From the NCBI GenBank assembly GCA_012862495.1, contig BLSG01000059.1, forward strand, positions 145,927 to 192,118: a DNA stretch of 46,192 nucleotides, written 5' to 3'. Shown piece after piece: positions 19,606-30,563 of this stretch (positions within the stretch are counted from its first letter, which is position 1; the number at the start of each line of letters is the position of its first letter). The notes beneath the pieces are model-generated. The model did no database searches. It was not told the origin of the DNA and was given only the letters and a program-made list of their open reading frames with translations. The DNA is from Thraustochytrium aureum (lineage: Eukaryota). Made by a program: the position numbers and the translations under genes.

Positions 19606-20922
19606 ATGGGCATTTCGAGTCAGGTGCGCCGCGCGATGCAGGTGCTGCTGCGCGCGCGGCAAGTCATCCCACGAGAGGTTCTGGCGAATGCGCGCGGGTT
19701 GTGCGTTGTGACCGAGGTGAAAGGCGCGCTGTTCGTGAGCGCGCAGGTGGGACGCGGCATCTTGCTCAAGAGGGTCAGCAGGTACAGGTTTGGCTATCCC
19801 TCGAGCGTGATGTGCTTTGGGATGGGCGCCGGGGCGCAGTGGGGCGGGGAAAAAATCGACCACGTTATTGTTATCAACGACGACAGGACGCTGCGCGCCA
19901 TGGAAAGCACGCTGCAGCTGAGGCTGGGCGGCGAGTATAGCGTTGCCGCGGGGCCCTCCGGCCGCGATGGCCAGGGTTTTGCGAGCATCGGGACGCGGGG
20001 GGCCGCGGCCTGCCTGAGCTACTCGATCGCCAAGGGGGCGTTCGTGGGCGTCTCGCTGGAAGGCTCGTTCTTTTGCCAAAACCGATTCGCCAACCGCAGG
20101 TTTTACCGAAGCGGGTTTCCGGTCAGCGAGATTCTGAACGGCACGATCCCGCTCGTAGGCGAGGCGATCAACGTGACCGCAGAGCTCAACGTCTTCCTGT
20201 ACGAGCTCGTGCAGGACGAGGTGGGCGGGTCGGGCCGCATCCTCCCTCTCGCATCAGACTCGTTCGAAGAGGTCGTTGCAGAACGTCAAGCCTTTGAGCG
20301 CCGCAGGGAAAACTTCAGGCGGTCCTCCAGGGACCTCTCTGGCGAGCCCGACGGCGCCGAGCCCGGCGTGAGGGCACAAGCGCGCGCAATGCTTGCGGCA
20401 ATGGATCGCGACTACGACGGCGAGGAGGGAGACGACGACACGATTTGCACCTCCAGCAGCGGGTCCGAGGGGGAGGCTGCAGCACAGGCTTTTGCGCTAG
20501 CGCAAGAGGGCGGGTACAATCCGTTTCCCAAGGACGGGGCCGCGGTTGACGAACACTTTGTCGAGCTGGGCCGCTCGCAGTACGCTTTGGACCTGCAGCG
20601 GCTCCGCGACGTGAAATTAGGGGGCACGTCCTCGGGGCGCGCCTGGCTGAACGACCGCCTAAAGTGCGGCCCGACACTCGAGTTCAAGTGCGACCACATT
20701 GTGAATGAGGCTGCGCCAGAGTTTGCGGAGCACGGTATCCTTTCCGCGCGGAAGGGCGAGGTAGCCACGCTGGTTGACGGCGACCTCAACGACGGCCTCC
20801 CGCTGCCGTACCAAGAATACGTGCTGGTTCACCTTGGGAAGGACCGCGTGGGGCGCGTTTCCAAGCACTGCCTCGAGGCGTACTCCAAAAACCCGTTCTC
20901 GGGCACCTTGTTGCAGCTGTAG
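19606..20922 (+). CDS. SYLF (Ysc84/SH3YL1-like) domain protein with a divergent C-terminal SH3-like domain
   Basis: IPREVLANARGL, GMGAGAQWGGEKIDHVIVIND, LGGEYSVAAGPSGRD, YSIAKGAFVGVSLEG, ANRRFY. An acidic linker is followed by an SH3-like pattern, LSARKGEV...YVLVHL...VGRVSKHCLE. Confidence 0.88.
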   Translation: MGISSQVRRAMQVLLRARQVIPREVLANARGLCVVTEVKGALFVSAQVGRGILLKRVSRYRFGYPSSVMCFGMGAGAQWGGEKIDHVIVINDDRTLRAMESTLQLRLGGEYSVAAGPSGRDGQGFASIGTRGAAACLSYSIAKGAFVGVSLEGSFFCQNRFANRRFYRSGFPVSEILNGTIPLVGEAINVTAELNVFLYELVQDEVGGSGRILPLASDSFEEVVAERQAFERRRENFRRSSRDLSGEPDGAEPGVRAQARAMLAAMDRDYDGEEGDDDTICTSSSGSEGEAAAQAFALAQEGGYNPFPKDGAAVDEHFVELGRSQYALDLQRLRDVKLGGTSSGRAWLNDRLKCGPTLEFKCDHIVNEAAPEFAEHGILSARKGEVATLVDGDLNDGLPLPYQEYVLVHLGKDRVGRVSKHCLEAYSKNPFSGTLLQL

Positions 20923-21275
20923 CGGGCGGGAGCCGCCTCTGCACTCTAGTATAGCTATAGCTCGGAGCGAGCAAGCGCCTCTCCCTCGCCCTGCGCAGTG
21001 GGGCGCATGGTTTCTCGTCCGGCAGGTAGGTAGCCGGACGTCTGTACTCTACCCGTAGGNNNNNNNNNNNNNNNNNNNNNNNNNNNNNNNNNNNNNNNNN
21101 NNNNNNNNNNNNNNNNNNNNNNNNNNNNNNNNNNNNNNNNNNNNNNNNNNNNNNNNNNNNNNNNNATTTCCTGAAAGAAAAAAGGGCAAATTGTCAATGA
21201 CGACCGGTGTGGCTGCTCGGAAGCTCACGAGGCTACTAACTATACTATATATGCTCCGGGCTGCGCTGGCGTTGT

Positions 21276-23477
21276 TCAAAAGATTTTGTGGTAGTTGCGC
21301 GAGAGGCGGATCGTCGGCATCTCGGGGCAGACCACGGTTGGAACAGAAAGCTGCTTTTGCAGCTTTGGCAAGTTTGCCTCTGTTGCTGAGCGCCCAAGGC
21401 TACCCGCGGAGGAGCCGAGCCCCATTAACCTCGCTCGGCCTCGCGAGACCAAAAGGGCCTTTTTCCGCTCGCGCTCCGCCGAGTCGAGTGGGCTGCCAAG
21501 CGAATGTCGCTTGGGCTCTTCCGCCTCCGCCTTCTCGGCGCCCCTAAACGCACGCTCCTGCCGCGCGTCCAAGACGTTGTTCAGCCTTTCGTGCGCCTTG
21601 GTGTCAAATGCACTCGAGATCGAACTCATAAAGGCGCCGCCTGCACTGTCCAAGTGCCTCGCCGCGCCGCCCTCGCTCGCAAACTCAAGGCTGCGCAAGA
21701 GGCGCTGCGAGCTGGCGCTTCGCAGCAGCCCGGTGCTCGAGCCTGCGCTTTCTGTTCTGCGCATGCCGACCCGTTCCTGCGCCGCGCACTCAGCCATGGC
21801 CAATCGGAGGCGGTGGACGACATACTTTGCAATCTTGCTTTGCAATGCGGGGCAGGCGAGCCCGAGACGGGGCCGGCGACCGAGGTTCGTCAGGCGCGAG
21901 GCTACCTCGTCGGCGTCAAAGTGAAAGTTGCTGCAAAGCCGCCCGGTTGCAGGGTTGTAGGCGCTCGTGAACCCGACAAAGGAAAGGTCAGAGTCGTTTG
22001 GGCCCCGAACGGCGCTCGTAAGTCGGTCCACGTTGGAGCAAAACGTGAGCCAGTCTGACCGCAAAATGCGGTGCTCGAATGTCGCTTCAGAGCCCGCGGC
22101 CTCAGCCCTCGACCGGTCCAGCTCGGCGTCCCGATTCGACCCTCGCAGGGCGATCAGCGCGTCGCCGTCCTCTCGCTGGTCCTCACACGACTCGAGCGCG
22201 TTCGAGAGCGGGAGCAGCTCGCTGGTCTCGACAGCCAGCGAGGCGCCAGACACGACAAGTCGAAAGAGCGAGTCCGGGTTGAGCGGATCAAAGAGGACGA
22301 CGCCGACGTGGTCCTGGCCGTCGGGGCCCAAGACGAGCTGCGAGTGGATCGGAGCTTGGTTCGAGGAGCGACTGCCTCCCGAGCTGCGCGACCGCGCGTG
22401 CCTCGCCCACCACGACTTTGGCGGTGGATAGAACCGCTCGGCTTGCCTGGCAGCTGCAGCGTTGCGCGCCTCAATCTCGTTCAGGGGTCAGGGCGCTCTC
22501 AGAGCTGTTGATGATGCTTTTGCTTGAGCCGCGGCGCATCAGAGCAGCTGCTTTGGCATCGCTGCCGCCGCTGGGATCGTTGCTTGTATCCTTGTTGGGG
22601 ATTGGCCCGCCAAGAGTGTGCCTGCGGCCGAGCTCCTCCTCACTCAGCGAGGACGAGAGCGAAAGATCGCCGAGCCCCGTCCTGTTCCGCCTCAGCCCAC
22701 GCTGCGAACCTTGCTTGCCCAGGAGAGAACGGCTCGACCCGGAACGGGTACTGAGGCTGCGCGAGCTGGCGCCGAAATTCGGGAGGCCGCGTCGCAGCTC
22801 CCACTCCGCCTCGAACGCAGCCATGTCAAACTCCCGCCCCTCGCGAAATGCCCGGGCCCTCGCACGTTCTTCCGCGGCTGCGCGCGCGCGCGCCTCCTGC
22901 AAGCTTAGCGCGTGGAGGCGNNNNNNNNNNNNNNNNNNNNNNNNNNNNNNNNNNNNNNNNNNNNNNNNNNNNNNNNNNNNNNNNNNNNNNNNNNNNNNNN
23001 NNNNNNNNNNNNNNNNNNNNNNNNNNNNNNNNNNNNNNNNNNNNNNNNNNNNNNNNNNNNNNNNNNNNNNNNNNNNNNNNNNNNNNNNNNNNNNNNNNNN
23101 NNNNNNNNNNNNNNNNNNNNNNNNNNNNNNNNNNNNNNNNNNNNNNNNNNNNNNNNNNNNNNNNNNNNNNNNNNNNNNNNNNNNNNNNNNNNNNNNNNNN
23201 NNNNNNNNNNNNNNNNNNNNNNNNNNNNNNNNNNNNNNNNNNNNNNNNNNNNNNNNNNNNNNNNNNNNNNNNNNNNNNNNNNNNNNNNNNNNNNNNNNNN
23301 NNNNNNNNNNNNNNNNNNNNNNNNNNNNNNNNNNNNNNNNNNNNNNNNNNNNNNNNNNNNNNNNNNNNNNNNNNNNNNNGCCGCGACCTGTACGTGCTCG
23401 CGAGGATATCGCGGTCCTGTCCGGGCGCTCGCAAAGCTTTGACGCTTGCTTCGATGTTGGATGCGTCTGGCGCGGAC
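21276..23477 (-). CDS. Protein of unknown function; spans a gap, contains apparent frameshift(s), 5' end unresolved
   Basis: Coding-like frames 21276-~22480 and ~22485-22920 are joined by removing one base of the 4-nt run at 22484-22487 (ESALT|LNEIEARN). A further exon piece (SAPDASNIEASVKALRAPGQ) follows a CAG acceptor at 23478. Confidence 0.6.
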
Positions 23478-23636
23478 CTGTCCGGTCACCGCAAATGCAC
23501 TGCACGCCTCACAAAAAAACCACCGTCCTGAAAAGCAGGAAACGATACACAACCTTTCCAAAACGCGAAAACGAAAGCAGAACAGCAAACCGCTCCATCC
23601 TCGCAAATCCCGGCGGCGCTGCGAGGCAAGCATCGG

Positions 23637-23677
23637 CAGCAGCAACAGCAGCAACAGCAGCAACAGCAGCAGCAGCA
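23637..23677. repeat. (CAG/CAA)n trinucleotide tract
   Basis: cagcagcaacagcagcaacagcagcaacagcagcagcagca. Confidence 0.8.
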
Positions 23678-24424
23678 AAAACGCTTGGCGGGCGGGGCGC
23701 CGTCCATCTCGTGGCGCTTCGCGTCGCCGATTCTTCCACGCTGGCAAAAGTGCCGGCAAGCACGAATCGCCACGGGCCGCCCGCACGGGCCGCCTGCCAG
23801 CACCAGGGCAAGGAGCGAGCGAGAGACAGAGGCAGACAGAGGCAGACAGAGGGAGACGGGTTGACCAAGAAAAACAGCAGTTTGTACGCTCCACCGCTCG
23901 CTCCACCATCGAATCCAAAACAAAACAAAGCGAAAGGAAGAAAGAAAGAGAGAAAGACAGACAGACAGACAGCGAACCGTCTGCTCTATCGCCTCCACCG
24001 CCGCAGCCGCCATCCCACCCACGAACGAACGACACGCGTCCCTGCGATGGACGCCACCGCCAACCGCCCCATCCACTGGCCATAACGACTCTCCACCCCT
24101 CTAATACCCATTTCCCTCTATTTGAGCCCCTTCCGGCCGGGCGCGCTAGCTCTTGTTCCAGCCCGCCTCTCCTTTTGTGAGTCCCCTCCTACATCCCTCG
24201 ACTTTGCAGCCGTACCAGACCCCGCGCACAAGTTCACTTATTCGTGTATCACAGTACCCACGCTACGGAGAATAAAGTAGAATAGCGGAATACGTGCGCG
24301 ATGGAGTCTCATGAGCCTAACCTCTAACCTAACCCGGGGTGCGCGCTCGACGAACAGAAGGAAGAGCAGACCCCGAACGCCGAACGCAGGCAGACCCCGA
24401 ACGACCGCGAGCAGAACAGACGCT

Positions 24425-24478
24425 GCACGCGGCGCGAGCACGCGGCGCGAGCACGCGGCGCGAGCACGCGGCGCGAGC
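24425..24478. repeat. 13-bp minisatellite (GCACGCGGCGCGA), 4 copies
   Basis: Four exact tandem units, 24425-24476. Confidence 0.9.
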
Positions 24479-24925
24479 GGCAGAGGAGGAGCTGCGGCAG
24501 AGGAGGAGCTCAGGAGGGCGCGCTGGCGGCGCTGTGGTCGAGCGGCTGCTNNNNNNNNNNNNNNNNNNNNNNNNNNNNNNNNNNNNNNNNNNNNNNNNNN
24601 NNNNNNNNNNNNNNNNNNNNNNNNNNNNNNNNNNNNNNNNNNNNNNNNNNNNNNNNNNNNNNNNNNNNNNNNNNNNNNNNNNNNNNNNNNNNNNNNNNNN
24701 NNNNNNNNNNNNNNNNNNNNNNNNNNNNNNNNNNNNNNNNNNNNNNNNNNNNNNNNNNNNNNNNNNNNNNNNNNNNNNNNNNNNNNNNNNNNNNNNNNNN
24801 NNNNNNNNNNNNNNCTGCCTTGGCGAGCGGATCGGAGCGGAAGGAGGAACGGCAAGGGACGGCAGGGCCGACCGCTTGGGCGCTGCGCTGAGTGAGCGCG
24901 GCGCCAGGCCGGCCCGGGTCGAAGC

Positions 24926-26167
24926 ATGGCGGCCAACTACGCGGAAAGCGCTGCCACGGTTGGCCCCGTGGAGGCGAACGGCGCGAGAGCGGCGGCGACG
25001 GGGCAGAGCGGGACGGACGGTTGGGTTCGAGAAGGTCATGACCCAATGTTCGCTCGAGTGAGCTCGGCGAGGCCGAGGCGACTGGCCGGGGCGCTGCCTG
25101 CGACCCGCCGAGGCGTTGGAGCTGTCACGGGCGTGTACAGGCGCGGCGTGCGCAGACGGCGAGCGGGCAGCGGCACGTTCAACTCTTCAGTTTACCTTTT
25201 GGCTCGCGCAGACAACGCTGTGACAAAGCAGAGCCAAGAAAAACTTGCGAGGTACCAGGAGCGCCTGGAGGCATTGAACGCGCAGCGCAGCACGAGGCGC
25301 AGCTACTCTGTGTTTACTTACGTGTTCGTGGGCATTTTCGTCGGGGTGATCATCATCGTCGTGATCTACCTCACGGCCACCGGGGGCAGCTCGGAAGGCA
25401 ACGCGGTGGAGGTGCGCGAGATCTGCAAGACGGAGAACGTGGAAGAGTGCCTCCAAGGGCTTGAGGACCAACTGAAGGACGACACGACGGCGGCCCTGCG
25501 GTCGCCGGCGCACTACCTGTTCACATTCGCCGCGCTGTTTTGCACCATGCTGGCCTTCTCCTACATGCTAAATCGCAAGCACGCCGCGAGACAGCGCATC
25601 CTGGAGGGCCTCCCTGCAGTCGAGGTCGACCTTTGGCAGGGCGACCGGGGGAAAACGAGGGGCCGACGACCGCACCAGAATGTGCCCTTCAACAAGCAAA
25701 TCTACACCTTGATTCAGAGCCACTTGAGGCGGGCGGTCGTCGTCAAGGGCGTGCTGCAGATCACCGTCGAGACGCGCATCTCCGAGACGCCTAGCAAGCG
25801 CATGGACCCCAACTGGGGCTTTGTCGACCTCGCCGAGGTGCAGGGCTCGATGCAGCGCACAAGAGAACTTGTCAACTACAAGCACTACACAGCCGGCTCG
25901 TTCGAGTACCTGAGCGAGATTGCAAGCCGGCGCAACCCAGACCTGGAGATCGCTCCTTGGGAAACCGTCCGGGATTACATCACCCGCCTGAAAAAGACGT
26001 GCTCCAGCGGCGAGTTTGGCGCGGACCCGATCAGCGCGCGCAAGTGCGACGAATTCATTGCGCTATACGAGGAGGCCAAGTTCAACCCCGCGGCGGTCTT
26101 CAACGAGGCGACGTGGGAGACGGTGCGGCAAAACCTCGACTACTTCCACCACTTTTTCTCTACGTAG
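24926..26167 (+). CDS. Two-TM membrane protein resembling the NICE-3 (C1orf43)/fungal Dlt1 families; probable in-frame intron 25020-25211
   Basis: Two hydrophobic helices flank a Cys-containing loop. The C-terminal pattern TVRDYITRL...FIALYEEAKF...VFNEATW resembles the NICE-3/Dlt1 C-terminus (R.YL..L...YE.ARYG..F). The Arg/Gly-rich stretch 25020-25211 is bounded by GT...CAG and is 192 nt long. Confidence 0.6.
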   Translation: MAANYAESAATVGPVEANGARAAATGQSGTDGWVREGHDPMFARVSSARPRRLAGALPATRRGVGAVTGVYRRGVRRRRAGSGTFNSSVYLLARADNAVTKQSQEKLARYQERLEALNAQRSTRRSYSVFTYVFVGIFVGVIIIVVIYLTATGGSSEGNAVEVREICKTENVEECLQGLEDQLKDDTTAALRSPAHYLFTFAALFCTMLAFSYMLNRKHAARQRILEGLPAVEVDLWQGDRGKTRGRRPHQNVPFNKQIYTLIQSHLRRAVVVKGVLQITVETRISETPSKRMDPNWGFVDLAEVQGSMQRTRELVNYKHYTAGSFEYLSEIASRRNPDLEIAPWETVRDYITRLKKTCSSGEFGADPISARKCDEFIALYEEAKFNPAAVFNEATWETVRQNLDYFHHFFST

Positions 26168-26382
26168 GTCGGGCGGGACCCAGGCGGCGGCGCTGCCGGG
26201 CAACTGTAAATCGAACGTGTTGTGAATTCCGAGCTGGTGGACGGTTGGCTCACGGGATGGAGTGGCGCGGCGCGGCCTGGCGTGACATGGCGTGCGGAAT
26301 CGCCTCGAGCGACGCGCCCCGCCTGGCCCAGCACCAGAGCGCGCGCCAAGTCGGCAGCCCCCAAAGACCTGCTGTGCGCCCG

Positions 26383-29300
26383 CTACTTTTTGCGCTTCTT
26401 GTTGGAGGCCTGGCTGGCCGTGTCCTCCTCCTTCTTGACGACCCCGGCCGCGCTCTTGCGCTTGGCGTTGCGCGACTCGTCGTCGTTTTCCTTCTCGATG
26501 AGGCGGATGAGCGTGTCGCAGCGGCGCTGGAGCTCGGCAGTTGTGCGCGATTTGATGAACCAGTCCAGCTTGAACTGCCACGACTTGCGGATCTCCTGTT
26601 TGAGCTGCTCCCAGTTGCCGTAGCCGAGGCGCTGGAGCGAGCAGATGAGAAAGCGGTCCTCCTCCTCGGTGAACGTTTTGCCCTTGTTGGAGCCGTACTG
26701 GATCTGTAGGTTTTGCCACGGGTTCTTGGTTCGGTTGACCTTCTTGTCCAGCGCAGCCGTGATCGCGGCGCGGCGCGCCAGTTTGGTCTCGCCCTTCTTG
26801 ATGCGGTCGATGATGCGTTCCCAATCGCTGATCTCCTTGTAGCGGTCTTTGCCCCAGAAGGTGCGGTGGTACGACCGGATCTCAGCCTTGGTCTTGCCCG
26901 TGGCCTCCGCCACGTCGTCAACGATCAGCTCGCGCGCGTCGCGCCCGTGGCGCTCGCAGGCTTGGCAATACGTGCGGAAATCGCGGCGGTTCCAGGACCC
27001 AAAGCCCTCGATGATGAGGCGCTCCTTCCGTAATAACTTCGTATAGCATACATTATACGANNNNNNNNNNNNNNNNNNNNNNNNNNNNNNNNNNNNNNNN
27101 NNNNNNNNNNNNNNNNNNNNNNNNNNNNNNNNNNNNNNNNNNNNNNNNNNNNNNNNNNNNNNNNNNNNNNNNNNNNNNNNNNNNNNNNNNNNNNNNNNNN
27201 NNNNNNNNNNNNNNNNNNNNNNNNNNNNNNNNNNNNNNNNNNNNNNNNNNNNNNNNNNNNNNNNNNNNNNNNNNNNNNNNNNNNNNNNNNNNNNNGGCGC
27301 ACCTCGGTCTCCTCCTCGCCGCCTTTGGCGCGGCCGCTGCGCTTCTCGTTCGCCTTGGCCTCCTTGACTTTTGCAAGTGGGCGCGGCGCTCCACCAAGAG
27401 CTCGTGCTCCTTGCGCTCGATGGCCTCGATCTTTTCCTTCTGAAAGAACTGAAAGTCGTGCATGGTGATCCCCTTGGGCAGGCGCGGCTCCTTCTTCGAC
27501 GAGGCGTCCTTGTTTGAGCTGAGCGCCTCCTTGTAGTACACGTTGACGTCGTAGTTTTTCTTGCGGGCCCGCTGTGGCAGCGCGATGAAGGGCCCCACGG
27601 ACTTGTCGCGGTAGTTCTCCCCGCCAAAGTCGTACGTGTCCTTGGTGTTGCCGTCGTCGAGGCGAAAGTTGAGCAGGTTGTGCTGCGCGTCCGTCTTGTA
27701 CTTGTCGGCGGTCTCCTCGGTGATCTTCTTGCCCTTCTCCAGAATGAGGTCGATGTCTTCATCCGTCACGGTGGCCCCGTTGGACTTGAAGATGGCCTCG
27801 GCGCCAAACTTGACCATCGACATGAGCTCGTCCTTGTTCAGGTTCTTGTTGGTCTCCTGCAGGCGGCCCTGCTGCACCACGACGGCGTCCAGGTAGAGTT
27901 TTTTCTCCGCGCGCTCGACGATCTTCTCCTCCACTGTCCCCTCGGTGATGAAGCGGAAAACGGTGACCTCCTTCTTCTGGCCGATGCGGTGCGCGCGGTC
28001 TTGGGCCTGCAAGTCGGCCTGCGGGTTCCAGTCGCTGTCGTAAATGATGACAATGTTGGCGGTCTGCAGGTTGATGCCGAGCCCGCCGGCGCGCGTGGAG
28101 AGCAAGAACACAAACTTGCTCGATCCTGGCTCGTTGAAATCGGCCATGTACCGGTCGCGGTCCTCGCCGTTGGTCTGGCCGTCGATGCGGCAGTACTGGT
28201 AGCCCTTGTATCGCATGTAGTCCTCGAGGATGTCCAGCAGGCGCGTCATCTGCGAAAAGATCAGCACGCGGTCCCCGTTCTGCTTGAGCTTGGCAAGCAG
28301 CTTGTCGAGGAGGATCATCTTGCCCGAGTTTTCCCACAGATGGGGCCCGTCAAAGTAGGGCGGTCCCGGCTCGGCGCCCTGGAACAGGTACGGGTGGTTG
28401 CACACCTTGCGCAGCTGCATGAGGATGTTGAGCAGGCGCGTGCGCTCGGGGCCGCCCAGCTGGTTGAGCGCAGTTATGTCGCGGTTGAGCGTGTTTTTGT
28501 AGTAGTAGGTCTGCATCTCGCTCATGCCCGTGAAGAGCTTGATCTCGCGCTTGGGCGGCAGAGAGTCCTCCACGTCCGTCTTGAGGCGCCGGATCATGAA
28601 CGGCCGCAGGATAGCGTGCAGCTTGCTCACGACGCTCTGCTCTTGCATTGCGTCGATCTTGAAAAAGTCCTCAAACTGCTCGGCGCTCCCAAACACCTCT
28701 GGGAGCAGAAAGTTGAGCAGCGCCCACAGCTCGCGCAGGTTATTTTGCAGCGGAGTGCCCGTGATGAGGAGCCGAAACTCGGTGTCCAGCTCGCGCACGG
28801 TCTGCGCGAGGCGCGACTGCTCGTTCTTGATGCTGTGCGCCTCATCCATGATCAGGTACCGCCACTTGAACTTGAGAAAGCTTGTGCGCTCGATGCGCAC
28901 GATCTCGTACGTGGTGACTACAACGTCGAACTCGCCTGCCTGCATGCCGTCGCGAATCTGCTGCTGGCGCTCATCGCTCGTCCCGTGAACCTTGATCACG
29001 CGGAGCGAGGGGCACCACTTTGCCATTTCGCGCTGCCAGTTGCCCAAAACCGACTTGGGCACGATCACGATGTGCGGCCCAGACACGTTGCGGTCGTTCT
29101 TCAGGTACCCGAGCAGCGAGATCGTCTGTAGCGTCTTGCCGAGGCCCATTTCGTCGGCCAGGATGCCGTTGATGCCCTGCTCGTAGAGGTTGATCATCCA
29201 GTTCAGGCCCTCGATCTGGTACGGCCGCATCGTGCCCGATTTGATGCACTCGGGCTGCACGGTCAGGCGCGTCATGGCGCGCCCCTTGAGCGAGGCTTGC

Positions 29301-29684
29301 ATGAGTTCCTCGTCTTCTTCCTCCTCGGTCTTGCGCGCGCGCGCCCCGGTTCCTGTAGTCTTGGCGGCGGCGGCGGCGGCGGCGGGCTTTTTCTTCTTCT
29401 TCTTGGGCGCTGCTTCGTCGCCGCCGCCCATGAACCGCGCAAACACGTCGGCCTGCTCGACCAGGAACTGCAGCCTGGCCTGTGCGCTTCGCTCGCTGCT
29501 CGCCGCCATCTTGGAGTTTTGCTCGTCTCGCAGCTCCTTCAGCTTGGCCTCGTGCACCTTTGCGTGCTTGCCGTCGAGCCTTCTCCTCTTGCTTGGCGAT
29601 CCTTTCGGCGAGCTTGCGCTCTTCCTCAGACCCTTTCCTGGGCGACCCGGGAACAAAGTCCTCGGCGCCCTCCTCCTCCTCCTC
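26383..29684 (-). CDS. ISWI: ISWI-family chromatin-remodelling ATPase (SNF2 ATPase, HAND-SANT-SLIDE); interrupted by a gap, 5'-partial
   Basis: GILADEMGLGKTLQT, DEAH, LLITGTPLQNN, QLRKVCNHPYLF, FLLSTRAGGLGINL, SDWNPQADLQAQDRAHRIGQ. C-terminal SANT (GFGSWNRRDF) and SLIDE (FTEEEDRFL...DWFIKSRT) regions. Confidence 0.96.
27029..27060 (+). other. loxP-containing paired-end library linker (assembly contaminant)
   Basis: CGTAATAACTTCGTATAGCATACATTATACGA comprises a CGTA flank plus the first 28 nt of the 34-nt loxP (from 27033). It sits at a contig end inside ISWI coding sequence. Confidence 0.97.
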
Positions 29685-29996
29685 NNNNNNNNNNNNNNNN
29701 NNNNNNNNNNNNNNNNNNNNNNNNNNNNNNNNNNNNNNNNNNNNNNNNNNNNNNNNNNNNNNNNNNNNNNNNNNNNNNNNNNNNNNNNNNNNNNNNNNNN
29801 NNNNNNNNNNNNNNNNNNNNNNNNNNNNNNNNNNNNNNNNNNNNNNNNNNNCGAGGGGTCCGCTGCTGCCCCGCTGCGTTCGTTAGGGGTCTGCTGCAGG
29901 CGCTGCTGCGTTGGTTAGGGGTCTGCTGCGCTACCGCCAAGGCCTCTCACCTTGTTCGCCTGTTGTTTGTTCGTTCGCCACCTTGTTGATGCCCAG

Positions 29997-30444
29997 ATGC
30001 TGATCCTCGACCAGTTGAAAAATCCTGCTCGTGCTTGCCTGCTCGCCTTGGTCGCGCGCGGTCCGCGCCGTGGAACAGACAGGTGGGCCGCGGCCGAAGG
30101 CTGGCGGAGCTGGCGGCGTGAGCTGCTGGATGGCTGGCTGGCTGGCTGGCCGGCCTCCTGCGTCGCGCGAGATCGCCTGCCCTGCCTGCCTCTGGGTGGG
30201 AGGGTCGGCGGTTTGAATCGGGGAGCCTAACTGGACCCGCTACGTGGGCTGTGCCCGCTATGTGTGCAGTGCTGCCGAATTGAGTCAACGCCGCGCCCGC
30301 TTCTTCTGGGGCGCGCTTGTGGGCAGCCGTCGGCCTGCGCATGGACCCAACCACATGGAGTGCATCAAGGTCATCAAGAAGGGAAACGAATCATTCGTGG
30401 GCTGCTTCGCTAGGTCGCGGCTCGCCGGACAACATGGCATGTGA
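29997..30444 (+). CDS. Candidate small two-exon gene of unknown function (exons 29997-30082 and 30270-30444)
   Basis: AG|GTGGGC donor at 30083, CTAAC at 30227 and TGCAG acceptor ending at 30269. Phases match and give an 86-aa ORF, MLILDQLK...HMECIKVIKKG.... Confidence 0.4.
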
Positions 30445-30563
30445 CCCCATCCGGGTTCGCGAGCACAGCAGCCAGCACGTCGGATTGTCTGCGTCAGGCG
30501 CATCGCACCCCACGTATCTGCGCGGCTCCTCGCGGGCGCAGCAGAGCGGCCAGCTCTAGCTGG

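Noticed and set aside
27029..27060. loxP as evidence of a natural Cre-like recombination system or phage remnant
   Set aside because: It is truncated at a contig end, carries the synthetic linker flank, and no recombinase gene is present.
27680..29131. Long antisense or alternative-frame ORFs (e.g. 27680-29131 +, 5908-6981 -, 9504-10457 -, 43598-44608 +)
   Set aside because: They shadow well-identified genes and are expected from high GC3 codon bias; no independent motifs.
29853..29930. TTAGGG-containing units as interstitial telomere
   Set aside because: Only isolated hexamers inside a ~32-bp degenerate repeat, with no tandem telomeric array; treated instead as a candidate promoter motif.
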